Below are positions 58,292-64,000 of a stretch of DNA of 64,000 nt, in pieces. Where the stretch lies: assembly GCA_018670095.1 (NCBI GenBank), contig JABHRR010000040.1, forward strand, positions 7,331-71,330. Reading direction: 5' to 3'. Below the pieces are notes generated by a model. That model searched no databases. It saw only the letters and a list, made by a program, of their open reading frames with translations, and was not told the DNA's origin. Positions within the stretch are counted from its first letter, which is position 1. Every line of letters begins with the position of its first letter. The translations under genes and the position numbers were made by a program. Source of the stretch: Candidatus Woesearchaeota archaeon (GTDB taxonomy: Archaea; Nanobdellota; Nanobdellia; Woesearchaeales; GW2011-AR9).

Positions 58292-59002
58292 ATGAAAGCT
58301 GTAATACTTGCCGCAGGAATGGGAACAAGAATAAATCATAATAGAGAAACTATTCCAAAACCGCTTTATGAGGTAAATAATAAATGTTTGATTGAACATG
58401 TTATTGAGAATATAAGAAAAGCGGGTATTACTGAGTTTGTAGTTGTTATTGGCTTTATGGCAGAAAAAATTAAAGAGAGATTAGGTGACGGAACAAAATA
58501 TGGTGTAAAAATAGAATATACTTTTAATCCAGAATATGAAAAGCCAGTAGGATTATCGGTTCTTTGTTCGGAGAAATATATTAATGAACCATTTATTTTA
58601 TCTATGTCTGACCATATCATGGAATTTGAAGGTTTAAAAAAAATTATTGATTACCCTCTGGAGAAAGATTCTTGTGCATTACTGGTTGATAAAAAGATTG
58701 ACACCATCTTTTGGCTAGATGATGCAGCAAAAGTTAAACTAGAGGAAAATAAAATAAAAGGTGTAAACAAAAAGTTTGAATCATTTGATGCTATCGATTG
58801 TGGGGTATTTAAGCATTCACCAATTATTTTCAATGAGATTAGAAGAATGATTCATGAACCAGATAGCATTAGTGCGGCCGTAAGTAATTTCTGTAAACAA
58901 GGAAAAATGTTTGCTGTAGATATTGAAGAATACAAATGGGTAGATATTGATGAGTATGAAGAATTAGAAGTTGCCAGAGAAATATTTAAAAATATAAACT
59001 AA
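58292..59002 (+). CDS. nucleotidyltransferase (IPCT/LicC-like; CTP:inositol-1-phosphate cytidylyltransferase candidate)
   Basis: MKAVILAAGMGTRI...IPKPL and C-terminal WVDIDEYEELEVAREIF. Divergently paired with the CDP-alcohol phosphatidyltransferase gene. Confidence 0.6.
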   Translation: MKAVILAAGMGTRINHNRETIPKPLYEVNNKCLIEHVIENIRKAGITEFVVVIGFMAEKIKERLGDGTKYGVKIEYTFNPEYEKPVGLSVLCSEKYINEPFILSMSDHIMEFEGLKKIIDYPLEKDSCALLVDKKIDTIFWLDDAAKVKLEENKIKGVNKKFESFDAIDCGVFKHSPIIFNEIRRMIHEPDSISAAVSNFCKQGKMFAVDIEEYKWVDIDEYEELEVAREIFKNIN

Positions 59003-59016
59003 AATATTTAATTTAT

Positions 59017-59955
59017 TCATTTGTTCTGATTTAAAAATTCTTGAACTTTAATTATTTCATCTATTCTTCTCTTATTACTCTTCAAAGGCAACCAAGTATT
59101 CATTTTAATACAAGCTGCATGGATGGCATAATCCATTGATTTTTGGACACTTTTTCCATCCATTCTTTGAGAGAGATAAACTGCAGAAAAAGTGCTGGTT
59201 AAACCATTTGGATTTACTAAGTCTCCAAATCTTGGAAAAGTTGTAGAATAAATTTTATTTTTTACATAAATGGAATAACCTTTTTCACCCTGACTTAAAA
59301 TAATTTCTTTAGGACCAAAACTAGAAACTTCTTGCAAAGCTTGTCTAAGATCTTCTTTTTTTGAAAGTGATTTCAAATGTTTCTCAGAAAGAATTAAATA
59401 ATTAACTTTACTTAAATATTTTTTTGCTTCTTTCCATTCTTTCTCTTCGATTTCAGTTTCATAAAAATTTCTAAAAAAACCTTGAGCATAAAGACAGACA
59501 TTCTTATTTCTTTTATAAATATAAGATAATGTTTCTAAAGAGATATCAAAAGGAGATTGTGGACCAACAAATATTAAATCTGCTTCATTTAAATTTGAAT
59601 TGCCAAGTTCTAAGATATTAACTTTTTTGTCAGAAGAAACATGATTCAGAATTTTTTGTTTCCTTTCAAAAATGTTTTTTGAAGAATAAATATTTTCAAG
59701 TAAAAAAGTATTACCCACATATATTGGATTAATAATAATCTTCTGGTGAATATCCTTTAACAAATAATTTTTATCTTTAGATAACAAAGGGATGACTGTG
59801 ACTTGATGATCAAATTTGTTAAAAGCTTCTCCTGCATAATAAACAGAACCACCTAAAGCATATCTCCGATTATTATCAAGTGAAATTAGATCTTTAGTTA
59901 ATGAACCAATTAAAATTATTTTTGCCATTTTTTGTTTTTCACCGTTTGTACCCAA
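59017..59955 (-). CDS. PfkB/ribokinase-family carbohydrate kinase (degenerate ATP-site motif)
   Basis: N-terminal ALGGSVYYAGEAF (GG motif). The C-terminal NxxGAGD motif is degenerate (NPNGLTSTFSAV). Confidence 0.5.
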   Translation of the reverse strand: MGTNGEKQKMAKIILIGSLTKDLISLDNNRRYALGGSVYYAGEAFNKFDHQVTVIPLLSKDKNYLLKDIHQKIIINPIYVGNTFLLENIYSSKNIFERKQKILNHVSSDKKVNILELGNSNLNEADLIFVGPQSPFDISLETLSYIYKRNKNVCLYAQGFFRNFYETEIEEKEWKEAKKYLSKVNYLILSEKHLKSLSKKEDLRQALQEVSSFGPKEIILSQGEKGYSIYVKNKIYSTTFPRFGDLVNPNGLTSTFSAVYLSQRMDGKSVQKSMDYAIHAACIKMNTWLPLKSNKRRIDEIIKVQEFLNQNK

Positions 59956-60212
59956 CGATGAACTGTTGACTTAGAAAGATTTATTTTTTCTTTCTCATTG
60001 ACTAATGAAACTATTTTTGCGTAGGATTTGCCTTGACAAAAATGATCAAGAACTTCTTGAATTATATAAAAAGAATAAATTGAGTTTAAATTATTTTTGA
60101 TTGTGAAAAAAGAATTACATTGTTTACATTGATAAACTTGTTTTTGAGAATATTTATTTGTTCTCATCCCATGTTTAATAAAATTATCAAAACCACACTT
60201 TTTACAAGTCAT
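59916..60212 (-). mobile_element. IS1 InsA-like zinc-ribbon + HTH protein (possible IS remnant or small regulator)
   Basis: CKKCG-x-KHG-x-QKQVYQCKQCNSFF matches the InsA C-x2-C...Q-x-Y-x-C-x2-C-x3-F ribbon, followed by a helix-turn-helix (STVHRWV). No cognate catalytic transposase ORF nearby. Confidence 0.35.
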
Positions 60213-60339
60213 AACAAATTAAAAAGAAGTCTTATTATATAAACCTAATGAAAATAGAACAAATAATCAAAACGCTTTTAAATGATTTTAGTTGTTCTTC
60301 AATTCAGGCTTAAAAAGTCAGAAAACGAGGTGTTTAAAA

Positions 60340-61578
60340 ATGACAGAAGAAAATAAATTTGAAATTAAAATTGCAATCATTGGTATAGGTAATTGTGCTA
60401 GTAGTTTGGTACAAGGGATTCATTATTATCATGCTGCTGAAGGAAAAGATTATGTCCCTGGCTTAATGCATACTGAAATTGGACCTTACAAAATTAGAAA
60501 TATTAAAGTTGTAGCTGCTTTTGATGTTGATAAAAGAAAAGTTGGTAAAGATGTATCAGAAGCAATTTTTTCTGAACCAAATTGCACACCAAAATTTTTC
60601 CCAAATGTTCCACATCTAAATGCACAGGTTTATATGGCCCCCATAATGGATGGAGTTTCAGAATTAATGCAAACTGGAGAAGAAGAAGGATATCCTGTTT
60701 TTAAACCAGCAAATATTGAACCAGTAAATGTAGCTGAAAAATTACGAACTCACAAAGTGGATGTGCTTGTTAATTATCTTCCCGTGGGATCAAGAAAAGC
60801 AACTGCTTTTTATGCACAAGCAGCAATTGATGCTGGATGTGCTTTTGTTAACGCTATGCCAAGATTTATTGCTTCAGACCCTGAATGGAGTAAAAAGTTT
60901 GAAGAAGCTGGTCTACCAGTTATTGGTGATGATATCAAATCTCAGTTTGGTGCTACATTTTCACACAGAGTCTTAATTCAAGCATTAGTTGATAGAGGAG
61001 TTAAAGTCTTAACGACCGAGCAATATAATTATGGTGGAAATACCGACTTTAGAAATATGATGGACCGTGAACGGCTTAAAGACAAACTAGAAAGTAAAAC
61101 AGACTCAATTGAGAAACGATTACCTTACAAGTTGCAAAAAACATTATATGCAGGTCCGGGAACAAGTCCGGAAGGAGAAGGAGATAAGGGGCATGGTTTT
61201 GCAAAAGGTCAGGGAGACAATAAAATTGCCGAAATTATGTTTGAGGGTACAGGATTTGGAGGAGTTCCAGTAAAAGGTCATTTAAAAGTAGATTGTTTTG
61301 ATTCACCTAACTCTGGTGGAATTGTAATTGATGCAATTAGATGTGCACAGTTAGCAAGAGATATGGGTTGTAAAGGAACAATTAACTCTGCTTCCGCTTG
61401 GTTCTTTAAACACCCTTTACTAGACATACCTGATGCACAAGCCCTACAAGAATTAGAAGCATTTATTGGCTCTTATCAGGAACGAATTGCTGAAGTAAAA
61501 GTAGATGATAAAGAAGAAAGTAAGATTGACAAAGTGGAAGAGCCGGTAGAAGAACCAGCAGAGATTTCTAACATTTAA
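60340..61578 (+). CDS. myo-inositol-1-phosphate synthase (archaeal-type MIPS)
   Basis: IAIIGIGNCASSLVQGIHYY N-terminal motif. GAGGTG Shine-Dalgarno lies 8 nt upstream of ATG 60340 (the ORF track opens at 60292). Length about 410 aa. Confidence 0.75.
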   Translation: MTEENKFEIKIAIIGIGNCASSLVQGIHYYHAAEGKDYVPGLMHTEIGPYKIRNIKVVAAFDVDKRKVGKDVSEAIFSEPNCTPKFFPNVPHLNAQVYMAPIMDGVSELMQTGEEEGYPVFKPANIEPVNVAEKLRTHKVDVLVNYLPVGSRKATAFYAQAAIDAGCAFVNAMPRFIASDPEWSKKFEEAGLPVIGDDIKSQFGATFSHRVLIQALVDRGVKVLTTEQYNYGGNTDFRNMMDRERLKDKLESKTDSIEKRLPYKLQKTLYAGPGTSPEGEGDKGHGFAKGQGDNKIAEIMFEGTGFGGVPVKGHLKVDCFDSPNSGGIVIDAIRCAQLARDMGCKGTINSASAWFFKHPLLDIPDAQALQELEAFIGSYQERIAEVKVDDKEESKIDKVEEPVEEPAEISNI

Positions 61579-61712
61579 TATTTTTTGATTAATACTTTTT
61601 ATTGTTTTTCTTTTTCATTTCATTTTTACCTAATTTTTAATATTTTGTTAAATATTTCCATCATTATTAAGATTAATAACATTTATATAAAACCAATTAT
61701 TTAAACGAAATC

Positions 61713-62483
61713 ATGAAAAAATATGGTGAAATGAACGTTAATAAATATCGTGAAATGAAAGATAGTAGGTTCAAAAAAGGCTTAAGAATTATAAAGAGAG
61801 AAGGATTACTTTCGTTTACTTATCGGTTTTTCTATTATCTTAATCGTTGTTTTTTAAGAATTGCTAGTCCAGTGGTTATTAATTTGATCCCCAGGAGATA
61901 CTTTTATTATAAAAACAAGAGATTATCTTATTTCTTACATAAAAAAAATCTTACTTGGACAAATGAAAGAGCAATTGAAGTCCCTATTATAATGGATTAT
62001 GTTAAGAATTCTGTTACAAAAAAAATATTGGAAGTGGGAGCAGTATTACCTCATTATTATCCAAAGTTTAAACACGATGTTTTAGATAAATTTGAGAAAA
62101 GCAAAGGGATTATTAACGAAGATGTTGTTAATTTTAAGCCAAAAGAGAGATATGATTTAATTATAAGTATTTCTACTTTAGAACATGTAGGATTTGATGA
62201 TGATATAAAAGATTCGGAAGGAATTATTAAAGCATTAAATAACTTAAAAGAAAATTGTTTAAAAAAGAATGGTAAAATGATCATAACTTTACCCCTCAAT
62301 TACAATAAATATGTTGACAAATATATTTACACCAATCAACTTAGTTTTGATGAAGAACATTTCTTTAAGAGAGTTGGTTTTAATAAATGGAAAGAAACTT
62401 CTAAAGAAAAAGTTAAACAACTTAAATATAATTCTGAACGTCTTAATGCGAATGCAATTCTAGTTGGTTTAATAGAAAAATAA
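61713..62483 (+). CDS. class I SAM-dependent methyltransferase
   Basis: ILEVGAVLP motif I-like and DLIISISTLEHV motif. Confidence 0.5.
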   Translation: MKKYGEMNVNKYREMKDSRFKKGLRIIKREGLLSFTYRFFYYLNRCFLRIASPVVINLIPRRYFYYKNKRLSYFLHKKNLTWTNERAIEVPIIMDYVKNSVTKKILEVGAVLPHYYPKFKHDVLDKFEKSKGIINEDVVNFKPKERYDLIISISTLEHVGFDDDIKDSEGIIKALNNLKENCLKKNGKMIITLPLNYNKYVDKYIYTNQLSFDEEHFFKRVGFNKWKETSKEKVKQLKYNSERLNANAILVGLIEK

Positions 62484-62562
62484 ATAAGAATAGATTATAA
62501 GTAAAAACGTAAAGTCCACAAAACCAAAAAACTTAAATACCAAATAAAGAAGGGATATAGTT

Positions 62563-63261
62563 ATGCAAACAGTAATATTATGTGGAGGGAAAGGTACAAG
62601 GCTGCGAGAATATACAGAAATTATTCCAAAGCCAATGGTAGAAATTGGAGGAAAACCAATACTTTGGCACTTGATGAGATTATATGCTAGTTATGGGTTT
62701 AAAGAGTTCATACTTTGTTTAGGATATAAAGGAGAAATAATTAGAGATTACTTTAAAGATAACAAAGAATGGAACATCACTTTTGTTGATACTGGACAAG
62801 AAACAAATACTGGTGGCAGAATTAAAAAAATAGAAGAGTATCTAAAAGAAGATTTGTTTTTTGCCACTTATGCTGATGGTCTTGCAAACGTAAATTTACA
62901 AAATCTTCTTAACCACCATAATGAAAAACAGAAAATAGCCACTCTTACAACAGTTAATCCACTTTCTCAATTTGGAATAATAGATATTGATGATGATCAC
63001 ACCATACTTAAATTTAAAGAAAAACCTCTTATGAACCAATGGATAAATGGTGGTTTTTTTGTTTTTAACAAAGAAATATTCAAATATCTTGATGAAGATT
63101 CAGTTTTGGAAAAAGTACCTTTTGAAAAACTTGCAGAAGACAGACAAATATCGGCGTATAAATTCAAAGGTTTTTGGAAATGTATGGATACATTTAAAGA
63201 TATGCAAGAACTAAATGAATTATATGCAAAAGAAAATTCTCCCTGGGAGGTATTGGAATGA
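62563..63261 (+). CDS. rfbF: glucose-1-phosphate cytidylyltransferase
   Basis: [36 protein letters not shown]; about 232 aa; followed, with a 4-nt overlap, by a CDP-glucose 4,6-dehydratase gene. Confidence 0.8.
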   Translation: MQTVILCGGKGTRLREYTEIIPKPMVEIGGKPILWHLMRLYASYGFKEFILCLGYKGEIIRDYFKDNKEWNITFVDTGQETNTGGRIKKIEEYLKEDLFFATYADGLANVNLQNLLNHHNEKQKIATLTTVNPLSQFGIIDIDDDHTILKFKEKPLMNQWINGGFFVFNKEIFKYLDEDSVLEKVPFEKLAEDRQISAYKFKGFWKCMDTFKDMQELNELYAKENSPWEVLE

Positions 63262-64000
63262 TTAATAACTTTTGGCAAACAAAAAATGTTTTTGTAACTG
63301 GAGGTTCAGGTCTTATTGGGTCTTGGCTTACTCAAGAGTTAGTTAATAGAGGAGCTAATGTAATATGTTTAATCAGAGACGAAGTAAATTCTTCTAATTT
63401 CAAGTCATTAAACCTAAACAAAAAAGTTACTTTGGTCAAAGGAGAAATAGAAAATTTTGATTTAATTTTAAGAACAATAAATGAATATGAAATTGACACC
63501 ATATTTCATCTTGCTGCACAAACAATAGTTACAACAGCAAATCGTTCACCCCGATCTACGTTTGAAACAAATATTAAAGGCACCTGGAATATTCTGGAAG
63601 CTGCAAGGCAACTCAATACTAAAAGAACAATAATTGCTTCAAGTGATAAAGCCTATGGCACACATGAAAAACTTCCGTACGTTGAAGATGCTAAACTATC
63701 TGGATTACATCCATATGATGTTTCAAAATCTTGTACTGATTTATTAGCTCAATCATATCATAAAACCTACAATCTTCCAGTAGCAATAACAAGATGTGGT
63801 AATATTTTTGGAGGAGGAGATTTAAATTTTAGTAGAATAATTCCCGGGACAATGAGATCCTTACTTAATGATGAACCCCCTGTAATCCGAAGCGACGGAG
63901 AATTTCTAAGAGATTATTTTTATGTAAAAGATGCAGTTAATGCATATCTTTTATTAGCAGAAAAACTTTGCGAACCAGAAGTGGTAGGTCAGGCATTCAA
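63258..64000 (+). CDS. rfbG: CDP-glucose 4,6-dehydratase (3' partial, runs off the window)
   Basis: [32 protein letters not shown] (YxxxK). Confidence 0.75.
   Translation, partial: MINNFWQTKNVFVTGGSGLIGSWLTQELVNRGANVICLIRDEVNSSNFKSLNLNKKVTLVKGEIENFDLILRTINEYEIDTIFHLAAQTIVTTANRSPRSTFETNIKGTWNILEAARQLNTKRTIIASSDKAYGTHEKLPYVEDAKLSGLHPYDVSKSCTDLLAQSYHKTYNLPVAITRCGNIFGGGDLNFSRIIPGTMRSLLNDEPPVIRSDGEFLRDYFYVKDAVNAYLLLAEKLCEPEVVGQAF

Noticed and set aside
59916-60212. A complete insertion sequence.
   Set aside because: Only an InsA-like zinc-ribbon/HTH ORF is present. There is no catalytic transposase ORF, and no recognisable terminal inverted repeats or target-site duplication in the flanks.

Overview
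The window is AT-rich, roughly 30% GC. It is prokaryotic: genes are densely packed and translationally coupled, and Shine-Dalgarno motifs such as GGAGGT and GAGGTG precede several starts. The whole 64 kb is taken up by a surface-glycan biosynthesis island. Its content, in order, is:
- Glycosyltransferases: four GT4 (GT-B) enzymes; four paralogous GT2 polyprenyl-phosphate-sugar synthase-like enzymes (DPM1/GtrB/ArnC type); and three membrane glycosyltransferases of the GT-C family (PMT/ArnT-like), two clearly ArnT-like and one divergent, laid out in tandem.
- Two Wzx-type flippases and a GtrA-like small flippase protein.
- A phosphonate-type ABC transporter (phnD-C-E) co-oriented with a LicC-like nucleotidyltransferase.
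- A sulfotransferase, and about 3.6 kb downstream a single 931-aa protein that fuses a pyruvate-kinase-like domain to ATP sulfurylase and APS kinase (a PAPS synthase).
- A nonulosonic-acid (pseudaminic/legionaminic-like) pathway: a PseB-like dehydratase, an acetyltransferase-aminotransferase fusion, a NeuB-like synthase, and a NeuA-like cytidylyltransferase fused to a class-III aminotransferase.
- A pathway to a 3-acylamino-3,6-dideoxy (C-methyl?) hexose: a Gmd paralog, an FdtA-like cupin, a DegT aminotransferase, a GNAT acetyltransferase, and a TylCIII-like C-methyltransferase.
- An Arn-like N-formyl module: a formyltransferase, an ArnC-like GT2, an ArnT-like GT-C, and a fused 5-formyl-THF cyclo-ligase/FolD protein.
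- An inositol-phosphate module: myo-inositol-1-phosphate synthase, a PfkB kinase, an IPCT-like nucleotidyltransferase and a CDP-alcohol phosphatidyltransferase.
- The start of a CDP-glucose pathway (rfbF, rfbG) at the 3' end.

I found no rRNA, tRNA or CRISPR array. The unusual points are several domain fusions, two paralogous kinase-containing proteins of unknown function, a segment of higher GC, an (AAT)11 simple repeat, and an IS1 InsA-like fragment. The host is probably an AT-rich archaeon or deep-branching bacterium; I cannot settle the taxonomy from the sequence alone.
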